This document shows, piece by piece, positions 12,101-27,820 of a DNA stretch of 64,000 nucleotides. The notes beneath the pieces were generated by a model. It searched no databases and was not told the origin of the DNA. It saw nothing but the letters and a program-made list of their open reading frames with translations. Both the position numbers and the translations under genes were made by a program. Positions within the stretch are counted from its first letter, which is position 1. Every line of letters begins with the position of its first letter. Source of the stretch: Chrysomallon squamiferum (lineage: Eukaryota; Animalia; Mollusca); the NCBI GenBank assembly GCA_012295275.1, contig CM022665.1:24800001-24864000 (forward strand), read 5' to 3'.

Positions 12101-12867
12101 TTTCTTCATCTATGTAATATTTATTAAGAAATGTTTACTATATTTACTACTATAGCTATGAGGCAAGTTCATTAAAAACTGGTACCCGCGTGATTTGACG
12201 TAGATAGGTGAGTGTACGATCTCAGTATACGCAGACTTTCATACGAAGCAAATAATTGAACCACAGAACCTGGTATGTAGTATCATGTCGGGACAACCAC
12301 TTTAAGCTGGATTGAATAACCTTTGTGTTTACTTCATGACCGGATGTTGTTGTTTTCTCACTGTGCGCTCTTCAAAAATACCAAGTGTGTTTTTGTAGAT
12401 CAAGATTATTCTGTATCACCCATTGACGCACACGGGCGAGAACATCATACAACTTCTACGGAAAGTGCAAGATAATGACGGTTTTCTCTTTCATATAATA
12501 ATAAACGAAATGTCGATGAGGTAAAGAATTGTATAGTCTGGTAATCCAAGGGATAAAATTTTATGCTATTATACATATATATATATCAAAATCTGCATTC
12601 TTTGATTTTCTTTTGTTTAGTTTTGCTTTTCTTGCTTTTTAATCTTCGTTTTGTTTTTTTGTCTCTTTTTTTTCTTAACCCCCCAAACCCCCCCAAAATA
12701 CCCCCCCCCAAAAAAAAAGAACGTATAAGTAAATGGGTTAATGTGAACGAGGTGTGCGAAAATATGGATTCATTTCTCAATCACTACTACATCACATTTT
12801 AACTTTTGAAAGACTGTTCTCTGAAACACCTACATACAATCAAAGACACAGCACATTACCGATTCAA

Positions 12868-12916
<49 letters not shown>

Positions 12917-13040
12917 TACATACATGCATAAGTACATAGATTCATACATGTATACATACATACAAACACACATACACACACACACAAACACACACACTCA
13001 TGCATCAGTACATACATATAAACACACACACACATACATA

Positions 13041-13215
13041 GGTTGTCTTGATGACCGAAAGGTAACGTCGTCCCCGTTCGAGTCTCGTCAGCGACATCTG
13101 ACAGGTTTGTGAGGTCATGATTGGACTTTGTCCTCCTGTGCCAGAGCGTTCCCGAATATTGTCTGTGTGCAGAGTCTAATTAGACGTACATATGACAGAG
13201 CATATTACCAAATAT
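13041..13215 (+). mobile_element. Possible second tRNA-derived SINE embedded in (ACAT)n/(CA)n
   Basis: A GC-richer 170-bp island with A-box-like TGATGACCGAAAGGT and B-box-like GTTCGAGTC (13076-13084), followed by an (ACAT)n-type tail. It cannot fold as a full tRNA. Confidence 0.35.
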
Positions 13216-14323
13216 ACATACATACATATATGCATACATACTTACATACATGCATTCACATACATACACGCATATACATACATTCACACACATACATACA
13301 CATACATACACACCCATTATTCACAAACACATACATACAGTTACCTATTTATGTTTACCTAAGGCTTTTAAAGAAATATCTCCTCGCTTGATTTGCTGTA
13401 AAAACAGTTTACGAAGCTGACGTTTTTATTATGTGTTGTTTGTTTGTGCTAGGATTTCGCTGAATATTAATACATCTATTAGGGATCTAAAAAATAACAT
13501 ATGGGCTATATAACGTTGTTAGTAACAGTTTTGCCGAATTGCTAACTTTAGATCATGAAGCAGAAAAATCAACCTACTTTTTTTTCTTTTTTTTTTTTCC
13601 TCTCGCAGATGTATTTTTAGAATCAACAATATAGCTAAAACACATCTGTCGAAAGCAGTGACAACAAAAACAACCGATGTGATACGTATATCGTCGACAT
13701 ATGTTAAGTATATAAATATTTATGCTTATTACATGCCTTATGTTAAATACGTCATGAAATTTGTTAGTGGAAATTCTACACATTAGTTTTTAACACAAAT
13801 TATGCAGAAGTATTTCTACGTGATAAAGTGTGTTGTTTATTTTTATTTTTTGTAACTGCATATGTATTTTGTGTTTTTTATTGTTGTTTTTTTTTAAGGT
13901 GTTTTGTAAATAATTATTGATGAACTAACTGATTGAAATTTGATAAAGGTAAATAAATGGTAAAACGGGAAAGGCGAACACTAAGACCACCATAACTAAA
14001 ACAACAACGACAGTAACAACAGTCACAAAACAATTACAACAAACCACGACGTCGTAACGACGTCATATCGACGTCCGTTGTTAACCATAACAATCAAACA
14101 AAAATAATAATAATAACAAAATGAAATAAAATAAAATAAAATAAAAATTATTAAAAATATCTTGGATTTGTAAAGCAAACAGTAACGCCGACAAAATTAG
14201 AATTGTTTTGTTTTTGTTTTACAAAAATTTAAACAAAATAATATATACGCGTACGGACACACATACAAACCAAGTGAAACAGCAATTTGAGTATATATTA
14301 CGTAATCACGTCTTAAAAAACTC

Positions 14324-14368
<45 letters not shown>

Positions 14369-15140
14369 TATCTTACATACGCAAACCATACCAGATCTTA
14401 TAATCAACGATTTTCTTTACTCAGTTGTTGTTTCATTCTCAATTATTAGGACACAGTTGTGTGGGCGGAACTCTGAATTAGAATTAGAAATATTAATTTC
14501 GTTCTTGAAGCAAACCTTGCTTGAAAATCTACCAGTTCAAAGGCGCTGATGACTCTAGAAAAAAAAGCAGAAGAGTCTGTAATTACATACAAAGCATAAA
14601 ACAAACCTTAATTAAACGCACACAAAAGTAATAATATTACCACTGTGCGTTAGATTTGTAGATGAGAGTTATGATGTATTTAAATTAGGTTTATTACTTA
14701 AGCAACGTATTTTTCCTACTGCATCGAAGATTAAAGATACAAGCATATTTTAAGCAGTAAAGAAATATTAATTTTCGGGAGTAAATGCCAAGGATGTTTT
14801 TCTTCATTTTAATTATTATTATTTTTAATTTTTTTCATCATCATTATTATTTGAATCGTAAAATAATGTCTTCCTTATGTATGAGTTTAATTTGGCTCGG
14901 TAAACTAATATTAGGAAGTATTTTATTTGTTTGTTTGTCTGTCTGTCTGTTGTTGTTTTTTTTTGGGTTTTTTTCAGAAAACATTTACTGCATGATTAGC
15001 TGATAGACAAAGGCTGTCATTTTACAATCGCTTTGTACACAGACATGAAAAATACACTTAAATCTCTGACTGATTTAAACAGCAGTTTTTACTTATTTGT
15101 CTTTGCCTTTATTATCAGTGATTAAAATCATCAGCAATCA

Positions 15141-15142
<2 letters not shown>

Positions 15143-15222
<80 letters not shown>
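15143..15222. repeat. (TC)n microsatellite
   Basis: 40 TC units. Confidence 0.96.
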
Positions 15223-15226
<4 letters not shown>

Positions 15227-15544
15227 TATTTCTGGGATTTCCGAGTAAGAAATTGCGTCACGAAATAATTATTTTACAAAAATACAATCTTCATGCAACA
15301 TAAAGGGATTTAATATTTTTGTCATATTTTACTATTAGAAAATATATATATATATATTTTTTGAGAATAAATAAAATAATCACATAGAATTTACAAAATG
15401 TTTTTGCTTCAGACTGAGCACAGTTTAAATAACTCCGAATTAGGAAGGATAAAAAAGTTTTTACATGAACTAGTTTCTTTGACAGGTAAAGACGGAGAAA
15501 TTTAATATATTCCTCTATGGCATGCTATATGCAATTAATACTAT

Positions 15545-15642
15545 CTTCTGATAAGCATCAAGGAATCTTGTATAAGCACCTTCCCATAGACAGGAAACTG
15601 AATAGCACGGTATTTGATTCTGGCTGGAACGGGAAATAGCTC
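15545..15642 (-). mobile_element. Fragment of the same SINE core
   Basis: The reverse complement contains GCTATTTCCCGTTCCAGCCAG...TTTCCTGTCTATGGGAAGGTGCTTATACAAGATTCCTTGATGCTTATC, similar to 11865-11905 and 58240-58320. Confidence 0.6.
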
Positions 15643-15757
15643 AAAAGGTACAATAAAGAGTACTGATTTTACAATAGACACTACAACTGCTAATACTACT
15701 AATAATATTAATCATACTAACAACAACAACACCAATAACAATAGCAACAAAAACGAC

Positions 15758-15816
<59 letters not shown>

Positions 15817-15949
15817 TGATAATAATAATAATAATAATAATAATAATTAGAAGAAAAAGAAGAAGAAGAAGGATGAGGAGACTAACAACAATAACAACAA
15901 AAATAATAATAATTACGTTTTTCAATACAACTAGTTTACAAAGCTAGAC

Positions 15950-15980
<31 letters not shown>

Positions 15981-16351
15981 CATTTTTCTTTTTTTTTTTT
16001 TTTATATATATATATATATATTTCTTCTCTATCATCACTAGGTCAGTGTGTTTGAGTATAGGCCACTTGGCCAACACTCCACGATTATCAATAAACATCA
16101 TCCGGCCCAAGACCTTAGAAAATCACACATTACCACAGAAATAGACGTGTACACATTAATTGTTGTTAATCAGCGTTCGATCATCTACAGCGTGATGTGC
16201 TTCACTCCGGGAAAACGACAGACACGGAGTTTTCAACAGACGTTTACGAAAATCAATGTACGCTAATTTATCACATGCACTTTTCAAGCTTTCAGAATAG
16301 TTTTCGGAAATGAAGATTATGAGTGTGAGAAAAACTGAACTGTGAAAACTG

Positions 16352-16401
<50 letters not shown>

Positions 16402-17316
16402 TGATCGAAAAAGCCTGTTTAATGGATTTCGTCTTTGGTAAAACATAAGATATTCGATAAAGGATTTTGTTTTAAAAATTGCGGGCAAGATATGCATTAG
16501 TCGAGGTATTTACCAGATTCGTGTATGTTAAATTGAAGTCTAAGATACAATTATTTAATTATATATTTTTTCCCTACCTGTTCTCACCTGTCCAATAAAC
16601 TAGTTCATGTAATGTATATAGATTACTATTTCAAAAACCTCGCAAGCCCCACCCCCCAAAACCCCAGAAAAATAAGTTGCTCATTATTCATTAATTAAAA
16701 TTTTGCAAAGATTGATCAGATAATGATGTGGCGGAGTAATGAATGAATATGTTGTCTTTTGTTTGTTCTTTAATTTTTAATTTTTTTTTTTTTTTAAAAG
16801 TGTTTCCTATGTTTATAGGCGTGTGTGAGTGTGTGCGTATGTTTATGCTTGGCTAAAATATCTACCTACATAATATATACGTGTTAATATAGGAATTACT
16901 TCTACTACTACTGCATCTGCGAGCAAACAAACAAACTTAATACATTTCCTATATCTTATACACATTATTAAACATAAAATAAGTTATTGCAGAAATCTGT
17001 AGAAAACAAAATGTCGCTGTAAAACAGATTTTCTGTGCTGTGTGTGTGACCTATCAAAACTGTCATTCGTCATGGGACTATTTTAACGACGCCAGGGTGT
17101 TGACAGATATAATTACCGCATGGGTAATGAAAGATAGGTGTAGAAATGTTATTATCTCTGGCCTAGGTTTTATGTCTTTTGCTAATTACAAGCACACCGC
17201 AGGAAATCAAAGAAACACATAGATGTGTTAGTTGTCGATGTTTACCAGTCAAGAATGTAACACAGGTGTTCGCTGTTTGTATTTCTTTTCGTTTCCTATT
17301 TATTTGACGACGTATT

Positions 17317-17620
<304 letters not shown>

Positions 17621-17713
17621 GAGTTTGATTGTCTGAGTCTCCATAAAATGAACATATAATTTGATTAAATGTTTTTCCTCAGCAGTACATCTTTTTTTCT
17701 GTCTGTCTGTGAG

Positions 17714-17749
<36 letters not shown>

Positions 17750-18790
17750 GTTTATAACAGTCTCTGTTTCTGTTTTTCTCTGTCTCTACAGTTCTGGTGT
17801 TTCTGAATAAATGCATTCTTTTCTTTTCATTTTCATTCGATCCTTTTTTCTTTCTTTCTTTCTTTCCTTCAATCATTAATTCCTTTCCATTAAAACACCA
17901 TCACCTCCACCGTCAACCGCAACAACAACAACAACAACAAAAATTAAAACTCCAAAATGCCACCATCTTCTTGAACTGGTAACTTAACTGTCTCTCATTT
18001 GTTTTTGTCTCATAATTCTTCTTCTTATTCTTTTTCCCCCCCTTTTTTTTTTTCCAATCAAATACTCTGGTATTAAACGTGACCAATACATCTAAATCCT
18101 AACATCAATTATCTTATCCACGGGCTTCTCCGTCGTGAATGAGATGGAAAAAAAAGACAGAAGGAAAAACGAAATTCGTGTGCATAGTTCACTTCCTTGT
18201 ATCTAATGCAATAAAGCAGCATCGGCACAATAAATAGCAGATTTAACCTTCTGTTTTTATTGTTGATGAGAATATGAAACAGCTTAAAGTGTACATGTTG
18301 TTATCTTGAGAAACTTTGATGTAAATAAAATTTTATACGTGTGTGTTTGTGTGTGCATATGTGCATGGTATATATATGCTTGTGTGTCTGTCTCTATGTG
18401 GATATTTATATGTGTGTGTTTTTGTGTATGCATATATGTATGTCTATGGGTATGTTTTTTGTGCGTATAATTATGTACATGTGTGCATGTTTATTTATGT
18501 ACACGTGTGTGTGTGTGTGTGTGCTTATATTGATTTATGTATATTGGAGAAAAGATGAAAGGAGAAAATGTATTTCTTTCTCAACATCTCTCTTTTGAAG
18601 TTCCTTCATTCATTTTTCATAATAGCTGAATTATAAAATGTTTAATAATAATAATAATAATAATAAAAAAAACAGAAGTACCATAAGTATATAATAAAAT
18701 AATAGAAAAAGATAGAAAAAATAAAAAAAAATGAAAATAAAATTACATACTGTCAAAAAAAAAAAAAAAAAAAAAATTAAAAAATTAAAA

Positions 18791-18835
<45 letters not shown>

Positions 18836-20096
18836 AAAAAGAAACAAATAAGAAAAAGAAAAAATTTAAACGACTGTCTTTTTGTTTGCCATACCTGTCA
18901 GTCAACGTCGCCTTTTTTTCGGGAACTCCGATGATCCAACGTCAACAGTGACGAAAATGTACGAACGCCGCATGACAAGGTGAACCGAAGTATTTGGTAC
19001 AGTAATGAAACATTTAGATTAAAACGAACTTTTTGATTAAAGGTCGAAGCTGTTGTAAAAATCGTTACGGTTTAGTCCTTTATCAAAGTTTTCATTTGTT
19101 AACCGGGAAAATAAAACCCAAATTGTGATAATCGTCCATTTTTTAAATATTATTTTGATTTTTTTTTTTTTTTTTGTTAACTCGATCGTATGTAAAAGCT
19201 AGATCAGGGTTCGGATATTCTGGATTTGGTCATTTAAGTGCACGTTTCCATAAAATGATAAACAGTAACATTATACTTCACGGTCTCTGGTATACTGATA
19301 TGTGCTTATCTTGGTTTTAATTAATAAAGCGCATGTTCTGATATGCATGCACGTGCATAGCGCGATCTTTGGTAACTCCGTATATTTGGACCATGCTTAC
19401 TGATGATATTAAAGTGTAGACTCTTTTTTATGTCATGAACTTTGATAAATTAATATCTGTCCTCAACATAAGTGCCGAAGTGTAGGTTCTAAAATCAAAA
19501 TGAGACGTGCAAATCATGATCTTTGATGTGACATGTAGCGTAGCACTGGCTGTATCGAGAAACAAACAAGCTGGCTAACAGAGGAGCATATTATTTTTAC
19601 TGATGTGTGTGTTTTTAAAGATCCATTGTGTACAGTCTCTTCTCTCTATCTTTTTTTGTCTCTTCTGTCAGCTAACCCTTTCATCCTTTTCCATTTCACC
19701 TTGTATCTGGCAGCGTTGGTCTTATTTCTACCTTGCTATTGCTGTCTTTTTAAAATTTATGCGTTGCAGTACCAGTCAGTGGTCTAATACATTTTTTATA
19801 CTTCCCCAATCGCCCAAAGCAAAGTATGACAATAAAATACTGCTGTTACACAGAATCTCAACGGCGCCATTTTACACCTTCAGAATTGAAGCCATGGCGT
19901 CATTGTGTGTGGGGTTTTCTGTTTGTTTGTTTGTTTGTTTGTCTGTCTTAATTTTTTTAACAGTAAAAAGAACTGGAATTAATCGATATATCTGTATGTG
20001 CTGGTTTCTCGACTACAGAAAAACGCAGACGCCCCCATACATTTAGACTGTATTCTTTTGTTGTTAAACTTCATTATTAATTAAGATTCAACCGAG

Positions 20097-20127
<31 letters not shown>

Positions 20128-21061
20128 CACCACTAACAAAAAAAAGTTTATAACCAAAATAACAATCCCCTCACCTCCCCAAAAGAATAAAAACTAAAAA
20201 AAAAAAAAAAAAAAGCTAAACCCAGACAAATAAACAAAAGAAATAAAACAACCAGTCAAGTTTGAAGTATGCAAAACACATTTAAACTATTTCTCCGCAT
20301 TACCAAATGTACACTTTAAAAGTAAACAAACAAATAAAAATATGGCATAAATAAATAAATAAACCCAATGGATTCTGTAATCAGCTTCGTGCAGGGATGC
20401 AGTCTGTTTATCTCAAGGACTGTGAGGAAAACACTGCTATCTTAAAAAAAAAAAAAAAAAAGAAGAAAAAAAAAGAAGGAAAACCGTTTTAAAAATGGGA
20501 TTGAACTGTTTCAACCTGTTTTTAAATGGCAATAGTTTACGGTTGCTTTTTAAAGATTTTGTTGAAAATAACGTGATATTTCACGCATGTCGATTTAATT
20601 ATGAATAATGTGATATGTCACACGTGCATGGTTTTTCGATATTTGGCTGTCATCGCTGTTGAAGAAAATGATTCTCCATCTGAACTGGTACATGAAAATA
20701 CTTTACCTGGGTGTGAAACTGAAGACGTAAGTTTGTGTTGTATTTATAAATTACGTGTAGGTCTTTTTCACAGCATGAGTTTGTGTAGATACGTTTGTTT
20801 ATATGGTTATGTGGATTTTTTCCCCATTCCAGCCAGTGTTCAGAAAGTTGAAAGTCCATAAAATATCCTAAAAGATGTTTCTTCGGAGCAGTTGGTTTTT
20901 TTTTTTTATCACAGGCACTTACAAACAGACTAAATGATAAATACAATGTCTAAAAGTAAACACTCTCCCTCATAAAAATCACACACACAGTAAACCAATA
21001 AGAAATATATTTTAATTAATTATTTTATTTATTTGAATTTACAAGTTTGTTAAACATATGT

Positions 21062-21117
<56 letters not shown>

Positions 21118-21857
21118 AATGTATATATTACCGCAGTTTGTTTTACTACATCTGGCGTCAAAACAACAACAACAACAACAACAACAACCACTGTTACTGC
21201 TACTACAACAACTAGTACCAGTGTTATAACTACTCCTAACACTTCCAAGACAACCATAGTAAGATGTTATTGTAATGATTATGAAGAGAAACACTGATAT
21301 TTTTGGAAGACCTCTACGCATATGTTCTGTAGGATCAAAACATAATATTGCAAAAAAGACAATAAATCAAACAGCATATGATAAACAGAGAAAAGTTATC
21401 ATGAAGTGAATTTCTGAAAAGATCATATAAAATTGATAACGATACAAGACTTTAAAAATTATCGTCTTCCTCCTGTCAAGATTAGATTAAGGCATCATTT
21501 AATGCATTAAAAATTAGGGAAAAGTTACAAAAAACAGTAATAACATGCACACGCTCAATTACGTACAAAGGTACGTAATATCAAATATACATATATTATT
21601 TTTCTCTCTCTCCTATACATAAAATAAAAAAATGCAAAATTTATATATATATAAATATGTATATATTTATATAAAAATAATGTAATTAAAATTATGAAGT
21701 AAACAAATAAAATAAAAAGTAAATAAATAAATAAATTAAAAAAACATCCCCTAGAACACCCCCAAAAACAACCGCGTAACGGGTCCAAAGGGGAGGTAAC
21801 TGGCCAGCTTCCTTCCTTATGTTGGACTACTGCTTTCTTTCTTTTTTCGTAATATTA

Positions 21858-21892
<35 letters not shown>

Positions 21893-23574
21893 CATATTTT
21901 AATCTTAGAACTAGGTTATATCCACCTAAAACATGTCGCTCTCTCCTTTTTGATTTCCTAGATCCGCCCTTGATTAATATTGGATCTACATACGACCCAG
22001 ATTTACTACAACAGGTGCATTTCTTCGCAGGTACCGTGTGACATATCATCACTCACGGGTCAATAATATCATTTACACCGCACAATCGTTTGAGCCGAGA
22101 ACAAGAGGCAAGAAAAGAGAAAAATAATGTAAAGAGCTGCTCTTTTATTCTTCGTGGAACTTGTCATCATTACTTTGGTTGCCGGATGGTCAATGGGACA
22201 TCAATGAACATCGATATTGTATAATCAGGAGCTCGTTTACTGTTCTGATGTAAAGAGCAGTTCGAAAATCCTTCCTGTTTCTCTGCAGAAAGCGGTAACA
22301 GAGAGGAAACACATGATCTTATTCACGGCGCATTAACCTTGTCGATCTTTATTAGATATCAATGAACACAGATTACATCAGATGTCATACACAAGACAAA
22401 CTAAGATCGAAAGCACGCTGTCGCAATTAAAAAAAAAAAAAAACTTTTTACCTCAAAGAAACAAAAGCTCGTTCATTCGAATGAATTTGGCATGCGCAAC
22501 AGGATGTTGACGAGCTATAAAATATCTTTTATGTGTTTCCAGGTGAAATAGATTTTTTTTTTTCAACACAAAGATTCAGCATAATTAGTTTCAGTGTAGT
22601 AAGTTAATGACAAATCAATATATGTCTTGTTTACGTTTCTTTCCGATATACATGTGTATATATATATATATTTTTTTTAAATTTAATAATAGTTAATGTT
22701 TTAATAATTCTTAAAGGAATTAAACATTTTTTTTTTTCTTAAATGAAACCACATAATATATAATAAAATAAAAATTAAAAATAACAGTAACAAAGTTCTG
22801 TGCTGAAAACGTACTTTTAATCATCACATGCGTCTATTTCAGTTTCTGAACATGGTCTAAAACACCAGAATCATGTTAAAGTACTTTCCTTGTCATTTTT
22901 TTCTTTTACAAACTATTCAGACTCATTATTCAAAACGTCTAAATATATCCAAAGTGAAACATTTTATTATCTAACAGCAGTCATTTATCTACGGTTTGGT
23001 AAATATTTTTTCTATTTTCTATCTTTACCAGTGCATTGTTCTATTTTACCTGTAAGGTCACATACCAACAAAGAGAGAAAGAAATATTTTAAAAAGATAA
23101 CTCAGTGCTGTGCATTGCGTATCAAAATTATTGTAAACTGTTTTTGATGGATGTCTTCTCGCTTTTTTGGTTCAGATGCTTTTGTACATCAAAATTAATT
23201 CATAACAAAAATAATTATCACATACTTATGATCGACCTCTCGTATATTCCTATCTGAGTTTGATGATGTGACTTTATTTGGATCCAGAATATTTAGATGT
23301 ACTGTCTATACATATGCATGCACATATACATGCATGCGTGCACGTACGCATAACTTTACATTGTTAATTATTGAAATCGGTACAAATCCTGAGATCATAC
23401 AAATGTATCCTGTAAAAATGTGATTGTTATACACACATATATACATGTATACATACGTAAATACACACACACACAAACACAAACACATACATGCATACAC
23501 ACATAGGAACGTACGTTCGTACATACTGTCAAACAGATACATACAAAATAACAAAATAAAATTAAACAGATACA

Positions 23575-23606
23575 TAAATAAAATAAAATAAATAAATAAA
23601 ATAAAA

Positions 23607-23669
<63 letters not shown>

Positions 23670-23670
23670 A
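23575..23670. repeat. (AAAT)n microsatellite
   Basis: Directly visible tetranucleotide run. Confidence 0.92.
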
Positions 23671-23980
23671 TGGTTTGATAATTCAGAGGTGCTGCTGCTC
23701 GGTTCATCACAGCTACACCGTGTAATTGCACGTTACATCTTGACACTATCAGCGCACTGGATTCACTGCGTGATTAGAGTAACAATCTGGACAGTTTCTC
23801 ACTGCAGCGATTCAAGTGAACTGGTTACCTGGACTCAAACACAGTCTTAGCCTGATGAAACGTGCTGCCGATATGGAAGATTAATTAGCCAAGAGAAGAT
23901 ACGTCTCAGCCCTTTTTACACACTCAGCGACATAAATGAATGTTTGTCTAAAGACGTCTAAATATATTATTTTGTGTTAC

Positions 23981-24395
23981 AGAAGAAAGAAATACTTTAT
24001 TTAATGGCTTTCTCAACACATTTTTAATCTGCAGTTCTGTGGCATCATATACATTTGGTTAAAGATCATAAAGCAGGACGCGTATAAGTGGAAAATAGAT
24101 ATACTGTTGATTAGCATTAAAATAAGCGTCCCTGTCCAAACATCTGACATTCGTCTTTTAGATAACCTTACCATAATAGTGGCGTCCCCTTCGCGTGGCG
24201 CCTAGGGCACGTGCGAAACGTTGCAGACGCCACGGCCATGTAGATAATGCCGGTGGAGAGTAGAGACCCGTTACCTCCGTAAAACGAGTTACTCTTTCTC
24301 TTATGTTAAAAAAGTAAAAAATAAAAATGTCGATTAGCAGCAAGCTATTTTTACATGGTTATCTCCCCTAAAACAGGAAAGCACATACCACAACA
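23981..24395 (-). mobile_element. SINE copy (3' tail and core) interrupted by a ~170-bp insertion
   Basis: 23981-24070 is the reverse of the SINE tail seen at 12025-12095. 24330-24392 reverse reads GTGGTATGTGCTTTCCTGTTTTAGGGGAG...CTTGCTGCTAATCGAC (core). A GC-rich unrelated segment lies between them. Confidence 0.6.
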
Positions 24396-24560
24396 TTCTT
24401 GGAGAAACGAGTACTTCAGTGAAGTACATAAAAGTATAAGTGATTAAAAAATTTATAAAGCTTGAAATTAAGCTGTTTTGAAAATTATGAAAGGACTGAA
24501 TGTTTTTCAAATGGTCTGTGTCGAAATTTATTCACCACAATATTAAAATTGTTTATATAT

Positions 24561-24591
<31 letters not shown>

Positions 24592-26265
24592 CCCACTATT
24601 ATAATAATAATAAAAAAAGGATTTTTAATTATGTATTTTCATTCAAACTCGGGACGTCAAAATTATCGTGTTTTGGATAAAGACACGATATTACGCGTCT
24701 CATATTATAATGGAGTGTGTGGTAAATCAAAGTACATTATCACGAAACGACATGCTTCTTGTTAATTAGACGTGTTTCTGAATATGTTTTATCATGTCAA
24801 GAGGAAATTGATTAAATGGAATAGGACACCACCTACACGCAAAATCCCATGTTAGCGTTAAATAAGCGCTCGAATATTGTTAGTAAGAGAATCGGTTGTT
24901 ATATAATAAAACACGATATGTAATCTCACTCGGGGGACACAAACTGAATCTGTCGAAGAAATGACGAAGTAAATAAGTAATTTATAGGTACGATCCAAAC
25001 GTCCAGACGGCTTAACATGAGAATTTCTAAATTTTGATGACTGAGGCCGTTTGTTGGTGTCAAGGTCAAGATGCTATTAATAAATAAAAGTGCATGTCGT
25101 TCGGAAGTAGTAGTGGTCAAAAACTGCCTAAGGTTTCTTAGCCCCACTTCTCATTCGATGAGTAAAAATTGTGTTATAATGTTTGTAAGATGCCACTCTA
25201 TATCTGATGCAGTATGATAAAGTTACATACAAAGTAAATACTTCCTTACAAGTGAAATACATGTTGTTGTTTTTTTTAAATTTATTACATTCATTACTTA
25301 TTTACCCTCCGGAAGACTTATTATTCGTTCAATAAATTGACCGCGCTTTAGGCATTACCTCCCCTTTTTTCCCCACCGAAAATTAGGTCTGGTAATATTC
25401 GTCAAACTATTTTACGTCTGTTTTTACTACATTATTGTTTCAGGTTTCTTATACAACTTCCATCGATTTAGGTAAAATTTAAAAAAAAAAAAAAAAAAAA
25501 AAGTATTCTCTGGGGAAGTTTTGTGAAAATAAAAACAACAATATTTCATAATTTTATATATTTATTAATACATTCAGAAATACATTTTTCCACTTCAGAT
25601 TGCTTAATTGCTAAATTAATTTGCATAAAAGACACTTCATATGTATACATATCTAACATATTTACGTATATAATATTAATATATATAATATTTACTTACA
25701 GTATATTAAATGTTCAACAGAATTAATAAAATATCTAAAGTATACCGGTGTTTTGATTTAGAGGAGACTTTGAGGAGACCCAGTCTCATGTTACTGCTAT
25801 CTTTGCTTCTCTCAGAACTTCTGTTGTTTTAACTCAAAGAAAAATAAGGACAGCATTAAGAATAAAAATGCAAATTTGTATAAGGTGTGCAATCACTTTT
25901 CTTTTTTAAAAAAGAAGAAGAAGTCAATTAACGGACAAATGGATGAATTAATGTGCACGAATCTGTTAATACACAATGACGGCTCAGCAAAAACAGTAAC
26001 TTCTTTAGCTGGTAAGCAGTTATATAAATATATAAAAAGTGAATAAATGACTGAATGAATGAGTATGAGTTTAACGATATTGTTATTATTATTATTTTTG
26101 TTTTAAATAATAAAGACTATCAGGCGTAAAATATCATGCGTGTTGTATTTGCGCGTATGCATATGTATGTGTATGTTGTGATTGTCTGTGTATGTGTCTG
26201 CTTGTGTACGACATTGGTGTTTATGTGTTTGTGTCTATATTTTTGTAGGGAATGACAGGAATGAC

Positions 26266-26345
26266 GTAGAAGCATGGGATCTTTTGTATGCACGGACATG
26301 AAACACATACCAGCGTTTTTTATAATCAGTTCTGGAGCAAGAAAT
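26266..26345 (-). mobile_element. SINE core fragment
   Basis: The reverse complement TGCTCCAGAACTGATTATAAAAAACGCTGGTATGTGTTTCATGTCCGTGCATACAAAAGATCCCATGCTTCTA shares GGTATGTG and GTGCATAYAAAAGATCCC-TGCT with the other copies. Confidence 0.5.
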
Positions 26346-27045
26346 GGAATATGAAATAAGCTTAAGGAATTTTAAAAAGCAAACAACAGACAAACTGCGT
26401 TTTCTTCAGTATTAAACTGCAGGTTAAACATTATTAAATTACAGTTAATCAGTTGTAAGCTATTTTACGAGTTTGTTCGTTCGGGAAGGCAAGCTCTTTG
26501 AACATGGCGCAAAGCAGTTTAATTTTACGGCGCCAAATTCATATACTATGTCCAGACATCTGCACAATAAAACGAGAACATCCTGTGTTCTTTTTAAGAT
26601 ATAAATTTATTACGTGAATAATTTATAAAGAAAAAAAAATCAGGTAATCTCTTCTTCGCTGTATCTCAGTAATAAAAGTCTTGTCTTGCGTTTTTATGAA
26701 GATGCATTTTGTACAGATAATGTGTTATTACACCCGGTTCCTGGTGGTAGAATACAGGATGGCTATCTTTACAGCTTTATAAAGTGTTCTGGAGAGAAGA
26801 AGCTTCTGAAGTCCGAGTTTGTCTTCAGGACATTCATATCTAAACAGTGTTCAGATTGAAGCATGCTATAAATTAATTTACCCAAACCGTAATGATATTA
26901 ATTTTAACAGAATTTTTATGTTTTTTTTTTTAATTATCTAATTTCCAGTGTCTAGGTTTTTGTTTGTTTGCTTTATTCGCGTTTGTTTTCTTTTTTGTCT
27001 TTGTCAGATTATATCCAACAGAATTGGAATAATTTCTAATTTTTT

Positions 27046-27099
<54 letters not shown>

Positions 27100-27820
27100 C
27101 ACACACAAAACACACATATACACATGTCGGAGCATATACACCTAAAAGCTCCACATTTAAACATACGTACATACATGCACACACGCATACAAAGATTCTT
27201 ACCTTTCAACATATGCATACACACAGAGATTTAATCGGAAAGAAAGATAAACAGAGAGAGAGGCAGTCCATCTCAGCATCCATATTTTCTTGTTTGACCA
27301 GAAAGAAGATAAACACTGGTTTGTATTTCATCTTGAGGATACATACTGTTTCGCCAATCTTTAAATGTCATATGTCTATTACATTGACGTGTTTTGCACA
27401 GTATGTCTATAGTAGCTATTATTTTAGTATCGTCTTACTAATAAACTTTTCATTGTACTGGTTTTATACACCTGGTGTAGCACAGTATGCGAAGAAAGTA
27501 TTTTTCTAAGAAACATTTTACCTTTAAAATGTATTGATGACTCTCTTTCTCGCTGCTTCATTTACGCATACACACACAGGTACTTACACAAACATACACA
27601 CATATATATATACACATATACACATTATACATCCATCTTTAGCTTCAGTTACATTTGTAAAGTATCAGAAAACTTTGTTCACTGTGATAATACGTTCTTT
27701 AATAACTCTTGATACAGAATAATCAGACATAAGCGTGCACACACACACACACATACATATACAAATGCATACATAAATATAAACCAGAAAGATATATATC
27801 CATGCGTCCAAACATCGTAT

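Noticed and set aside
12679-12709. Minus-strand G-quadruplex candidates (also ~3684-3705, ~16647-16665)
   Set aside because: C/G homopolymer runs next to A-tracts are a common low-complexity pattern here, with no functional context.
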